Source: Parcubacteria group bacterium
GTDB lineage: Bacteria > Patescibacteriota > Minisyncoccia > Minisyncoccales > JAQTPW01
Length of the DNA stretch: 36,207 nt
Assembly (NCBI GenBank): GCA_043813215.1
Contig: JBDRLH010000003.1
Coordinates: 1 to 36,207 of the forward strand
Direction of reading: 5' to 3'
The notes beneath the pieces are model-generated. The model saw only the letters and a program-made list of their open reading frames with translations. It searched no databases and was not told the origin of the DNA. Below are positions 9,082 to 17,922 of the stretch, piece after piece (the first letter of the stretch is position 1; each line of letters opens with the position of its first letter). Both the position numbers and the translations under genes were made by a program.

Positions 9082-9345
9082 TTATTTTAAAACGGAAATC
9101 GACTTGGCCAAAGTTGATTTTTTTCTGGAGGCGGCGTTTTTTTTGATTAAGCCGGCTTTGGTTGTTTTGTCTATTGCTTGATAAATTTTTGGCAGAAGAT
9201 CTTTGGTTTCTTTTATTTTCTTTTGAGAAATCAAAAGCGTCAATTCTTTTAGGAGTTTTTTTGTTCTGTCTTTTCTCGTCCGGTTGCGTAATTTTCTTTT
9301 TTGACTTTGTCTGAGAGCTTTTTTTGCCGATTTAGTTATCGCCAT
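9082..9345 (-). CDS. rpsT: 30S ribosomal protein S20
   Basis: The start is MAITKSAKKALRQSQKRKLRNR. The protein is small, basic and 87 aa long. Confidence 0.9.
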   Translation of the reverse strand: MAITKSAKKALRQSQKRKLRNRTRKDRTKKLLKELTLLISQKKIKETKDLLPKIYQAIDKTTKAGLIKKNAASRKKSTLAKSISVLK

Positions 9346-9428
9346 TTTTATTTGTTTTTATTTTTAAGTCAATAATTATCTTTTTATCACCTTTCTTTTT
9401 TAAAGTCAACTCTGGGTTAGATTCTGAG

Positions 9429-9456
9429 TTGCAAAAAACAAAGAAATGATTATAAT
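9429..9456 (+). promoter_or_regulatory. candidate promoter: TTGCAA, 16-nt spacer, TATAAT
   Basis: Read directly. It lies about 80 nt upstream of the B12-radical SAM gene, whose start is preceded by the SD AAGGAGGA. Confidence 0.35.
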
Positions 9457-9535
9457 TTATCATTAACCGCTCTTTGAAAATTTCACATTTTTAGTGTTTT
9501 TAGATAGGGAATAATTTTTAGAAAAAGGAGGAAGT

Positions 9536-11017
9536 GTGGTGAATGTCTTGCTGGTTTATCCCAATTACCCCGACACCTTCTGGAGTTTTAAGCGGGCCAT
9601 AAACTTCGTCGGCAAAAAAGCTGCATTTCCGCCGCTCGGCCTGCTTACGGTCGCTGCCATGTTGCCAAAGGACTGGAAACTCAGGCTAGTCGATATGAAT
9701 GTGACATCACTAAGGGACAAGGATGTTAAGTGGGCGGATTATGTTTTTATCTCCGCCATGGGAATTCAGGAAAATTCTGTCAGAGAAATTATCAACAGGA
9801 CAAAGGCGCTGGAAAAGAAAATCGTCGTCGGTGGCCCGCTCTTTACGACCGCGCCCGAGCTATTCCCGGAGGTTGACCATCTCGTCCTAAACGAGGCAGA
9901 GATAACACTCCCGGCTTTTTTAGAAGACCTTTCTTTGGGTCGCGCCAAGCGAGTTTATTCTTCCGACAAGCATCCGGAAATTACCGGCACCCCCTTACCT
10001 TTATGGAAATTAATTCATTTACAGGATTATTCCTGTATGAGCATCCAGTACTCCCGCGGCTGCCCGTTTGACTGCGAATTTTGCGACATCATTTTCCTGG
10101 ACGGCCATCGGCCGCGCACAAAAAGTCAGGAGCAAATAATTAGGGAACTGGATTTGCTCTATAATCTCCGTTGGCGAGGTTCGGTTTTTATTGTTGACGA
10201 TAATTTTATCAGCAATAAGAAAAAACTCAAGGAAGAGATTCTTCCGGCCATTATTCTCTGGCAAAAAGAGAAAAAATATCCCTTCTCTTTTCTCGCGGAA
10301 ACCTCGGTCAATTTGGCCGACGATGAAGATCTGATGAATTTAATGGCCGAGGCCGGTTTTAACAGAGTTTTTGTGGGCATAGAAACCCCTAATAAGGATA
10401 GTCTTATTGAAACCGGTAAGACTCAGAACATCAACCGAGATTTGCTAGGTGCCGTAAAAATCCTGCAGAACCACGGCCTGGAAGTGATGGGGGGATTCAT
10501 CTTGGGTTTTGACAACGATAACCCCGATACTATTTTTGTCGACCTGATTAATTTTATCCAAAAAAGCGGCATTGTAGTGGCCATGGTCGGGCTACTTAAT
10601 GCTCCCAAGGGGACGCGCCTATATGAGCGGCTCCATAATGAAAAAAGACTGACCGGAAGTTCCAGCGGCAATAATATGGATTCTTCGCTCAATTTTATTC
10701 CCAAAATAGATCGCGAGATTCTACTTAGAGGATACAAAAGAGTCCTTGAAACCATTTATGCGCCGGAAAAATATTACGCGCGCATAGAAACTTTCCTTAA
10801 AGAATATAAACCAAAGACGAAAAGCAGGATTGACCGGTATCAAATCCAAGGATTCTTTAATTGTCTGCGAATTGTCGGCATCAAGGATAATGGCCGTCGG
10901 CATTTCTGGAAACTTTTTTTGACCGCTCTAGTAAAATACTCTGACGCATTCCCTGCCTTTATCACCCTGGCCATTTACGGACATCATTTCCGTAAAGTGG
11001 TCGCGAATATCTTCTAA
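9536..11017 (+). CDS. B12-binding-domain radical SAM protein (DUF4070-type C-terminus)
   Basis: The N-terminal B12-binding-like region is VLLVYPNYP...PPLGLLTVAAMLP. The radical SAM motif is YSRGCPFDCEFC (CX3CX2C). The start is GTG at 9536 or 9539, after a strong SD. Confidence 0.85.
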   Translation: MVNVLLVYPNYPDTFWSFKRAINFVGKKAAFPPLGLLTVAAMLPKDWKLRLVDMNVTSLRDKDVKWADYVFISAMGIQENSVREIINRTKALEKKIVVGGPLFTTAPELFPEVDHLVLNEAEITLPAFLEDLSLGRAKRVYSSDKHPEITGTPLPLWKLIHLQDYSCMSIQYSRGCPFDCEFCDIIFLDGHRPRTKSQEQIIRELDLLYNLRWRGSVFIVDDNFISNKKKLKEEILPAIILWQKEKKYPFSFLAETSVNLADDEDLMNLMAEAGFNRVFVGIETPNKDSLIETGKTQNINRDLLGAVKILQNHGLEVMGGFILGFDNDNPDTIFVDLINFIQKSGIVVAMVGLLNAPKGTRLYERLHNEKRLTGSSSGNNMDSSLNFIPKIDREILLRGYKRVLETIYAPEKYYARIETFLKEYKPKTKSRIDRYQIQGFFNCLRIVGIKDNGRRHFWKLFLTALVKYSDAFPAFITLAIYGHHFRKVVANIF

Positions 11018-11024
11018 ACCAATT

Positions 11025-11054
11025 GGCGGGAGCTATATGTCCCCGCCTTTTTTT
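11025..11054 (+). terminator. intrinsic terminator candidate: GGCGGG/CCCGCC stem followed by T7
   Basis: Stem 11025-11030 pairs with 11042-11047, with an 11-nt loop. A T-run follows at 11048-11054. It starts 8 nt after the radical SAM stop and overlaps the last codons of the convergent uvrB. Confidence 0.45.
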
Positions 11055-12979
11055 AATTTTTGGATAATGTCTCTTATTTCGGCCGCCCGCTCAAAGTCCA
11101 GATTTTTGGCGGCTTCTCGCATTTCCCTTTCTAAAAGTTTTTTGTCGTTAATGGTCATGAACTCCGAGGCTATTTCTTTTTCTTTTTTTTGGAAGGGCCA
11201 TTCTCTGATGTCTTTTATTATGGTTTTTGGAGTAATGCGATGTTTCTTATTATGTTCTTCCTGAATCTTGCGCCTTCTGTTTATTTCCGAAATGGCCGCT
11301 TCCATTGAATGGGTAACCTTATCGGCATATAAAATTACATGGCCTTGAGTGTGCCGGGCGGCCCTTCCCATGGTTTGGATGAGTGTGGATTTCGACCTTA
11401 AAAATCCTTCTTTGTCGGCATCCAGAATCGCCACCAGCGAAACTTCAGGCAGATCTAGACCTTCCCGCAAAAGATTAATTCCCACCAAAACATCATATTT
11501 TCCTTGCCGCAATTCCTTTAATATTTTAGGGCGTTCCAGCGTTTTTACTTCCGAATGCAACCATTGAGAAGCAATCCCTTCATCGGATAGGTATTCCGAA
11601 AGGGCTTCAGCCAGCCTTTTTGTCAGGGTTAAAGCCAAAATCCTTTGTTTTTTGGCGATATATAATTTTATTTCTTTTATTAAATCTTTGACCTGATTTT
11701 CGGTCGGCCTGATTTCTATGGAAGGCTCGGTCAATCCTGTCGGCCTGATGATTTGTTCAACGACGTTTTGTTTGCCGGCTAATTTTAACTCTTCATCTGA
11801 CGGAGTGGCCGAGACATAAATTACCTGATTTTCTCTTTCTTCAAATTCCGAGAAAGTCAAAGGCCTGTTGTCTATTGCCGAAGGCAACCGGAAGCCGTAA
11901 TCTATCAAAGATTTTTTTCTGGCCCTGTCCTGGTTTGACATGGCGTGAAGCTGAGGAAGGGTCTGGTGCGATTCATCTATAAAAATCAAAAAGTCTTTAG
12001 GGAAGTAATCTGTTAGGGTGTATGGCGCCTGGCCGGGTTTTCTGAATTCCAAATATCTTGAATAGTTTTCAATGCCGTAGCAGAAACCGGTTTCTTTCAG
12101 TATTTCCATGTCATAATTCACTTTTTGCTCCAACCTTTGGGCCTCAACCAGTTTTTTTTGCCTTTTTAATTCTTTTAACCTTTCCTGCAATTCAAGCCGG
12201 ATATTATTAATGGCGATTTTTATTCTTTCCTGCGGAGTAATCCAGAAATGCCCGGGAAAGAGGCAGTAACTGGCAGTTAGTAGTTGGTATTTTGGGGCGA
12301 GAGAAGCCGGAGAAATAAAAATTTTATCTATTTCATTTCCTGAAAATTCTACCCGCAGGATTTTTTCTCCGGTGATTAAGAAAATATCAATATAGTTTCC
12401 CCTGACTCTGAAAATGCCGGGCTTCTGTTCTGTGTCGTTTCTTTGATATTGCAGGGCGATTAGGTCTGATAAAAAATCGTGGCGATTTATTTTTTGTCCG
12501 GGTTTTATTTCCAAAGAAACTTGTCTGTAGTCTTCGGGCGAGCCGATGTTATAAATGCAGGAAACGGAAGCCACGATAATGGCATCTTTTCTTGTTATTA
12601 AATCCTGAACCGCCGCATGGCGCAATCTGTCCAGCTCTTCGTTTATTTTAGAATCCTTTTCAATATAAGTGTCTGTTTGGGGCAAATAGGCTTCGGGCTG
12701 ATAATAATCAAAATAAGAAACAAAATAATGGACGCCGTTTTCCGGGAAAAATTCTTTGAATTCCTGGTAGAGCTGAGCAGCTAGGGTTTTATTATGGGAG
12801 ATTATCAGCGTCGGCTTTTGGATTTTTTCAATGATTTTTGCCATGGTAAAGGTTTTGCCCGAGCCCGTCACCCCCAAAAGCACTTGGTGTCTCACATCAG
12901 CTTTTAAATTTTTAACCAATTGAGCTATCGCAGTCGGCTGATCTCCCGTGGGTTTGAACTTTGATACTAATTTGAACAT
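11033..12979 (-). CDS. uvrB: excinuclease ABC subunit B
   Basis: Walker A is GVTGSGKTFT. The beta-hairpin region is YFVSYFDYYQPEAY. The helicase motif is GRAARH. The C-terminal UVR motif is FERAAEIRD. Confidence 0.95.
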   Translation of the reverse strand: MFKLVSKFKPTGDQPTAIAQLVKNLKADVRHQVLLGVTGSGKTFTMAKIIEKIQKPTLIISHNKTLAAQLYQEFKEFFPENGVHYFVSYFDYYQPEAYLPQTDTYIEKDSKINEELDRLRHAAVQDLITRKDAIIVASVSCIYNIGSPEDYRQVSLEIKPGQKINRHDFLSDLIALQYQRNDTEQKPGIFRVRGNYIDIFLITGEKILRVEFSGNEIDKIFISPASLAPKYQLLTASYCLFPGHFWITPQERIKIAINNIRLELQERLKELKRQKKLVEAQRLEQKVNYDMEILKETGFCYGIENYSRYLEFRKPGQAPYTLTDYFPKDFLIFIDESHQTLPQLHAMSNQDRARKKSLIDYGFRLPSAIDNRPLTFSEFEERENQVIYVSATPSDEELKLAGKQNVVEQIIRPTGLTEPSIEIRPTENQVKDLIKEIKLYIAKKQRILALTLTKRLAEALSEYLSDEGIASQWLHSEVKTLERPKILKELRQGKYDVLVGINLLREGLDLPEVSLVAILDADKEGFLRSKSTLIQTMGRAARHTQGHVILYADKVTHSMEAAISEINRRRKIQEEHNKKHRITPKTIIKDIREWPFQKKEKEIASEFMTINDKKLLEREMREAAKNLDFERAAEIRDIIQKLKKGGDI

Positions 12980-13065
12980 ATTTATTCTATCCTTTATTTT
13001 TATCCCAAATTAAATTATTTCTCAAGCAAAATTTTCTCCGTTTCATTGATTGTGGATAATTGTCC

Positions 13066-13093
13066 TTGACAAGATGTTAGAATAATATAACAT
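13066..13093 (+). promoter_or_regulatory. candidate promoter: TTGACA, 16-nt spacer, TAACAT
   Basis: There is a perfect -35 at 13066-13071 and a weak -10 at 13088-13093. The -10 overlaps the first ATAAC motif. Confidence 0.35.
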
Positions 13094-13149
13094 TAAGTTG
13101 GGTCGAGATAACATAGTGTTATAAATAGATAACTTAATTATAAAAACAA
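13087..13149 (+). promoter_or_regulatory. three ATAAC(A/T)T motifs spaced exactly 21 bp apart; the middle one forms the palindrome ATAAC-N5-GTTAT. Candidate operator array.
   Basis: ATAAC starts at 13087, 13108 and 13129. The inverted repeat is 13108-13112 / 13118-13122. The array lies between the candidate promoter and the ATG at 13158. Confidence 0.4.
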
Positions 13150-13157
13150 TTAATTAT

Positions 13158-13595
13158 ATGAAAAACGACAAATTTCGTTTAATTCTAATGGCCGTCTTAA
13201 CTCTTCTGGTTTTGGGTGGCGCTATTCTATATGCCATTATGAGCGCCGCTGCCGGAGAAAGAAATTTTGGGGGATTAATTCCCATTTTGGTTCCGGTGCT
13301 TGTAGTTATTTTTATGGCATTCTTTATCCAAAAAAGATACAGGGATATTAAAGAAGGAATGCCCATGGAAGATGAAAGATCCAGAAAAGTCGTCACCCGG
13401 GCCGCAGCCAAAAGTTTTTATTTTTCGCTTTACTGGCTGCTGACTATTTCTTGGTTTGAGCCGTTTTTTGCAAGAGTATTATTCGGCGGAGAAAAATTGG
13501 ACGCCAGCCAGACTGTTGGCGGAGGCATTGCCGGTATGGCCATTTTCTTTTTTATCTTCTGGTTTTATTACGATAAAAAAGGAAAGTTAATTTAA
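13158..13595 (+). CDS. DUF2178-like integral membrane protein (4 predicted TM helices)
   Basis: The hydrophobic segments and the MEDERSRKV loop fit DUF2178 proteins. Pairing with a small XRE regulator is the usual arrangement for that family. Confidence 0.5.
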   Translation: MKNDKFRLILMAVLTLLVLGGAILYAIMSAAAGERNFGGLIPILVPVLVVIFMAFFIQKRYRDIKEGMPMEDERSRKVVTRAAAKSFYFSLYWLLTISWFEPFFARVLFGGEKLDASQTVGGGIAGMAIFFFIFWFYYDKKGKLI

Positions 13596-13600
13596 CTTTC

Positions 13601-13801
13601 ATGAAAAACAGGATAAAAGAATTCAGGGCAAAATATGATTTGACCCAAGAGGGTTTGGCAAAGAAAGTCGGCGTAAGGCGCGAAACCATCGTCTATTTGG
13701 AGCAGAATAAATACAACCCTTCGCTTAATCTCGCTCACGATGTAGCCAGGACGTTGAAGGCAACAATTGACGAACTGTTTGACTTTGAGGATAAAAAGTA
13801 A
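13601..13801 (+). CDS. XRE-family helix-turn-helix transcriptional regulator (66 aa)
   Basis: The HTH is [29 protein letters not shown], followed by LAHDVARTL...IDELF. Confidence 0.85.
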   Translation: MKNRIKEFRAKYDLTQEGLAKKVGVRRETIVYLEQNKYNPSLNLAHDVARTLKATIDELFDFEDKK

Positions 13802-13922
13802 ATAATGGTTCGTCAAGAGACAGACTTTTTGTTTGAAATTTGGTAAAAACAAAGATAGAGCAAAGGAGTAATCTGGCTGAAAGATAAAAAAACTTTTCGG
13901 ACACATATTTATAAATAAAATT

Positions 13923-15131
13923 ATGGATAATATAAATCAGCATTCTAATTTAAGTTTTTACGGTCTGGGCATTGCTCCGGGAATTTTGGCAATCTTAGAG
14001 AAAATTCATTATACGACTCCCACCCCTATCCAGCATCAATCCATTCCCATTGCCATTGAGGGAAAGGATATCGTAGGAATTGCCCAAACGGGCACCGGCA
14101 AAACCTTGGCTTTCGGCATTCCCATGATCCAGCGTTTGGCGATAGCCAAGGGTATGGGATTAATATTGTTGCCGACTCGCGAACTGGCTTTACAAATTGA
14201 TGTGGAGCTCCGTAAAATTGGCAATTCCCTGGGTTTGAGAACTGCAATTTTAATCGGCGGAGTTCCAATAGGCCCGCAAAAAGAAGCCATTAGGAGAAAT
14301 CCTCATGTTATCATCGCCACGCCCGGTCGCCTGATTGACCATTTGCATCAAAGAACGGTCAGTTTGCAAAAGGTGAATATTTTAGTTCTCGATGAATCCG
14401 ATCGCATGCTGGACATGGGTTTTTTGCCGCAGATATCGGAAATTTTAAAAATGGTTCCCAAGAATCGTCAGACAATGCTTTTTTCAGCCACAATTTCTCC
14501 GGAAATAATGAAGATTGCCTCGTCAAACATGAAGTTACCGATTCGCGTTGAAATAGCGCCTGCCGGCACAACGGTTGACAGTGTTTTACAGGATATTTTT
14601 ATAATAGCCAGGGATGCAAAAATGCGCCTGCTTGAAAAAGTTTTGAATCAATACAAGGGTTCGACTCTTATATTCGTCAGAACAAAATACGGTGCGCATC
14701 GTTTGGCCCGAGCCTTAAAAACAATGGGGTATTCGGCGATTGAAATCCATTCAAACTGCTCCTTTGCGCAGAGAAAAAGCGCCTTGGAGGGTTTTAAAGC
14801 TGGCAGATACCGCGTGCTCGTGGCGACCGATATTATGGCGCGGGGAATTGACGTCGTCGGCATAGAATTAGTTATAAATTATGATTTGCCCATGCAGGCG
14901 GAAGATTATGTCCATAGGATAGGCAGGACCGCCAGAGCCGGCAAAGAGGGCCATGCGATTTCTTTTGTCACGCCATCAGAGCAGGGGGAAATTCGGGCGA
15001 TAGAATGGCTGATAAGAAAAAAACTGAACGTTTCCACGCTTCCTGAATTCCCGACTAAGCAATTTGCCAAACCTCGTTTGGTCTATTCCAGTGCAAAATA
15101 TCGCAGACGGAGGTTGGGTCGAAAAAGATAA
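13923..15131 (+). CDS. DEAD-box ATP-dependent RNA helicase (motif II is DESD)
   Basis: The Q-motif region is TPTPIQ. Motif I is AQTGTGKT, Ia is PTRELA, II is DESD, III is SAT and VI is HRIGRTARAG. The C-terminal tail is basic (RRRRLGRKR). Confidence 0.9.
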   Translation: MDNINQHSNLSFYGLGIAPGILAILEKIHYTTPTPIQHQSIPIAIEGKDIVGIAQTGTGKTLAFGIPMIQRLAIAKGMGLILLPTRELALQIDVELRKIGNSLGLRTAILIGGVPIGPQKEAIRRNPHVIIATPGRLIDHLHQRTVSLQKVNILVLDESDRMLDMGFLPQISEILKMVPKNRQTMLFSATISPEIMKIASSNMKLPIRVEIAPAGTTVDSVLQDIFIIARDAKMRLLEKVLNQYKGSTLIFVRTKYGAHRLARALKTMGYSAIEIHSNCSFAQRKSALEGFKAGRYRVLVATDIMARGIDVVGIELVINYDLPMQAEDYVHRIGRTARAGKEGHAISFVTPSEQGEIRAIEWLIRKKLNVSTLPEFPTKQFAKPRLVYSSAKYRRRRLGRKR

Positions 15132-15134
15132 AAA

Positions 15135-15983
15135 ATGGAGAAAGTTTTAAGAAATAAAATTCTATATAGAAGCGGGCCGGGACCGGCTGATTTTTGCGTT
15201 AATTATATTGAGGGCTGTTTTCACGGCTGCCGGTTTCCCTGCTATGGCATGTTGATGGAAAAAATGCGCGGCAAGATTAAAAATTATAGCGATTGGATTA
15301 GGCCGAAATTAGTGGCCAATGCTTTAGAATTATTAAACAAAGAGCTGCCCAAGTTTAAAAATAAAATAAAATCCGTCCATCTTTGCTATTCAACTGACCC
15401 CTTTATGCAAAAACAATCGGAAATTAGCAAGATGACTCTTGAGATAATAGAGAGGCTGAATCGTGAAAATGTAAAATGCGTAGTCCTGACAAAAGGAATT
15501 TTGCCAGCTTGTTTGGCCGATATTAAAAAATACGGAAAAAATAACGAATACGGCATAACCCTCGTTTCTCTAGATAAAAAATTTAAAAAACAATTTGAGC
15601 CGCATGCCGCCTCTTATGTCCGGAGAATAAAAGCATTGAAATTTTTACATGACAAAGGATTAAAAACCTGGGTTAGCATGGAGCCGTACCCGACGCCGAA
15701 TTTAGCGAAGCAAAATTTAACGGAGATTTTAAAGAAGATTAAATTTGCCGACAAAATAATATTTGGCAGATTAAACTATAACATCAAATCAGCCCAATTT
15801 ATCGGCAACGGCGATTTTTACCAAAAAAATGCAGATTTGGTAAAAAAATTTTGTATAAAAAACAAAATTCAATGCCATATAAAATATGGAACAAGTCAAA
15901 AAAATGATAAAGAAATGAGAAAAATTTTTGGCGGAGAAAAACGAATAAAAAAACTGGCAGGAGTTCTTGCGGTGCCGATTTAA
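15135..15983 (+). CDS. radical-SAM-like TIM-barrel protein of the SplB/COG1533 type, with non-canonical Cys spacing
   Basis: The Cys motif is GCFHGCRFPCYG, which reads CX3CX3C. The strand pattern SVHLCYSTDPF / VVLTKG / ITLVSLD / EPHA...R / SMEPYP resembles COG1533 proteins. The assignment was made by eye only. Confidence 0.45.
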   Translation: MEKVLRNKILYRSGPGPADFCVNYIEGCFHGCRFPCYGMLMEKMRGKIKNYSDWIRPKLVANALELLNKELPKFKNKIKSVHLCYSTDPFMQKQSEISKMTLEIIERLNRENVKCVVLTKGILPACLADIKKYGKNNEYGITLVSLDKKFKKQFEPHAASYVRRIKALKFLHDKGLKTWVSMEPYPTPNLAKQNLTEILKKIKFADKIIFGRLNYNIKSAQFIGNGDFYQKNADLVKKFCIKNKIQCHIKYGTSQKNDKEMRKIFGGEKRIKKLAGVLAVPI

Positions 15984-17491
15984 GCTTCGGGCAGATTTTT
16001 TAAATATTCCAATTCCCTGACCTGCTGCTTTATATTTTCTAAAATAGGATTAAGGTGGGCCGGAGTAAATCTGATGGTGCCGGCGCGTTCATGGCCTCCT
16101 CCCGCCAAACTAGAATGCGGGATGTCTTTTCTGATTCTTTCCATTATTTTTCGGACGGGCAAGATGGGTTTCGTCTCCCTGATGATAATGGAATCAGAGA
16201 GAAATCCCAAAGTAATAACTGGAAAATTTTCTTTACTTACGGCGGTTGTGTCATGGATCATACCCACAACCTTTCCGGGATTGGGATAGGCAAATCTCAT
16301 GGTATATTTTTCAATATCAAGGGTGGACAGCATCACCCCGTTTATATTCTGCGTTCTTAAATAAGGAAGAGTGCTTTCTAGCTGGGTATCAACGCTTTTT
16401 CTTACTTCCTCGTCTATTATTTCCACTAATTTGTGATTTTCGTATAATGATTCAAAAAGACCCTTTCCAGCGTTGAATTTCAAATGATAGGCGACAAAGT
16501 CAATGGCTGTGCCAATTTCTTCTAAATGTTTTTTTGAAACCCCGCTGTTTTTTATGTATTTATCCAGCTCTTCGGCGGAAGACCTGTCGCTGATGCCGGC
16601 CACTGCCGGTAAAAGAGGATGCTTATATTCTTCATTGATCCATCTGCCTATTTCGTAAGCCAGCATACCTGCGCAGGTTTGGCTGTCTAAGCCTTCAAGA
16701 TAGGGGTTCAAATGAAGAGAAATATATGGATCAACCAGCGCTTTTTTATTTTGGACAGGCCCAGGATTATGATGGTCCACGACAATTGTTTCAAAGCCGA
16801 GGGACTGCAGGGCTTTTAATCCGAAAGCATCTTCAAAACTTGAGCCGTTATCCAAAACAATGATGATCGGTTTTCTTTGGCCGTGTCCCTCGATGATTCT
16901 CTTTATTAAAACAACATCGCGCAGAACATCATTGATATCGTAAAAAGGCGTCCGGCTGGGAGAGCGATAAAGGTTGAATTCCGGGTTGATGCCTATTTTC
17001 TCCATCAGAAGTTTGCAGGATTGCTCAATAGCCATACCGGCGTTGATACCGTCCGAATCCGCATGATGCCTAATGGAAATAGGCTGGTTTTCAAAAATGG
17101 CTCTTCGGATTCTTTTGGCAATTTTGTAAAAATACGGCCTTAATATTTCGTATCTTTCTGATTTAATGCTGAACTTTTTATTTTTCGGCTCGCTGTTTTT
17201 TTCAAAAATTAAATTAAAATTGACATCGGACTTTTTGATGTCTTCCAGTTCCACCTGTAGCTTGCCCGCTCTTTCGCAAGCCATACCTGAAATGAAAACC
17301 GTGTCTCCCATTTGAAAATCGGAATTTTTGATGACGGCGTCAACGTTGCCATAACCGTCGCTGACTGAAAAGATGACCGGTCCTGGCTGGGCTTTTCTGG
17401 TGATTTTTACGTCGCCGGAAAAATAATCACCATCCCGCAGGGAGATAACGTCTTTTGATTGTTTTCTTTGACTCCGAAAATTATTTTGCAC
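15980..17491 (-). CDS. DHH/DHHA1 phosphoesterase with an N-terminal OB-fold-like domain (RecJ-family-like nuclease)
   Basis: DHH motifs are RHHADSDGINAG, IIIVLDNGSS and VVDHHNP. The DHHA1 motif is GGGHERAG. The N-terminal ~90 aa is beta-rich and OB-like (GDVKITRKAQPGPVIFSVSDGYGNVDAVI...GDTVFISGMACERAGKLQV). Confidence 0.7.
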   Translation of the reverse strand: MQNNFRSQRKQSKDVISLRDGDYFSGDVKITRKAQPGPVIFSVSDGYGNVDAVIKNSDFQMGDTVFISGMACERAGKLQVELEDIKKSDVNFNLIFEKNSEPKNKKFSIKSERYEILRPYFYKIAKRIRRAIFENQPISIRHHADSDGINAGMAIEQSCKLLMEKIGINPEFNLYRSPSRTPFYDINDVLRDVVLIKRIIEGHGQRKPIIIVLDNGSSFEDAFGLKALQSLGFETIVVDHHNPGPVQNKKALVDPYISLHLNPYLEGLDSQTCAGMLAYEIGRWINEEYKHPLLPAVAGISDRSSAEELDKYIKNSGVSKKHLEEIGTAIDFVAYHLKFNAGKGLFESLYENHKLVEIIDEEVRKSVDTQLESTLPYLRTQNINGVMLSTLDIEKYTMRFAYPNPGKVVGMIHDTTAVSKENFPVITLGFLSDSIIIRETKPILPVRKIMERIRKDIPHSSLAGGGHERAGTIRFTPAHLNPILENIKQQVRELEYLKNLPEA

Positions 17492-17580
17492 TTTATTTTA
17501 TCCGTTTATTGTATAACATTTCTTTTTTTATTTCAACCTTATAGACGAAAAATAACCAGTTCGTCCAAGGGGAAATTTTT

Positions 17581-17589
17581 TGGTATAAT
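17581..17589 (+). promoter_or_regulatory. extended -10 promoter element TGGTATAAT
   Basis: It matches TGnTATAAT and lies 31 nt upstream of the ATG at 17620. No good -35 is present. Confidence 0.35.
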
Positions 17590-17619
17590 AACTAATTAAC
17601 TAATTAATTTAATAACACT

Positions 17620-17922
17620 ATGAAAAAGATTACGATTGACACTAATTCAATTACCGATTGGCTTTCGTTTCACGATGTGTCCAAACAGGTTTTCGATTTC
17701 CCCCAATCTTACAGGGAGAATATGATCGAATGGGTCGAGGGCATATCTGTCGCCAATAAAGAAGATTTACTGGTGGTAGAGCTCAATAACGCAAAATCTT
17801 TTAAAGAAAGATGCCCCGAACAGTACAAAGCTTTAGTTGACGGTATAGCTTTTGCAAATTATCGCTCGCTGATGATGGAAGGAAGGCCGATTGCCGCTAT
17901 TTCCTTTTTTGATTTTAAGTAA
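17620..17922 (+). CDS. barstar-like (ribonuclease-inhibitor family) protein with no adjacent RNase gene
   Basis: It aligns by eye with B. amyloliquefaciens barstar. [42 protein letters not shown] aligns with [54 protein letters not shown] aligns with PLVLEWRQFEQS. The acidic barnase-contact residues are not strictly conserved. Confidence 0.5.
   Translation: [100 protein letters not shown]

Noticed and set aside
9536-11017. Locally GC-rich stretches (up to about 55-58% in 60-nt samples) in the B12-radical SAM gene, considered as a sign of recent horizontal transfer.
   Set aside because: Similar GC-rich patches occur in other conserved genes here (rtcB, the DEAD-box helicase, metK). Other parts of the same gene are about 33% GC. 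By-eye composition is not sufficient evidence, and a proper k-mer or codon analysis would be needed.
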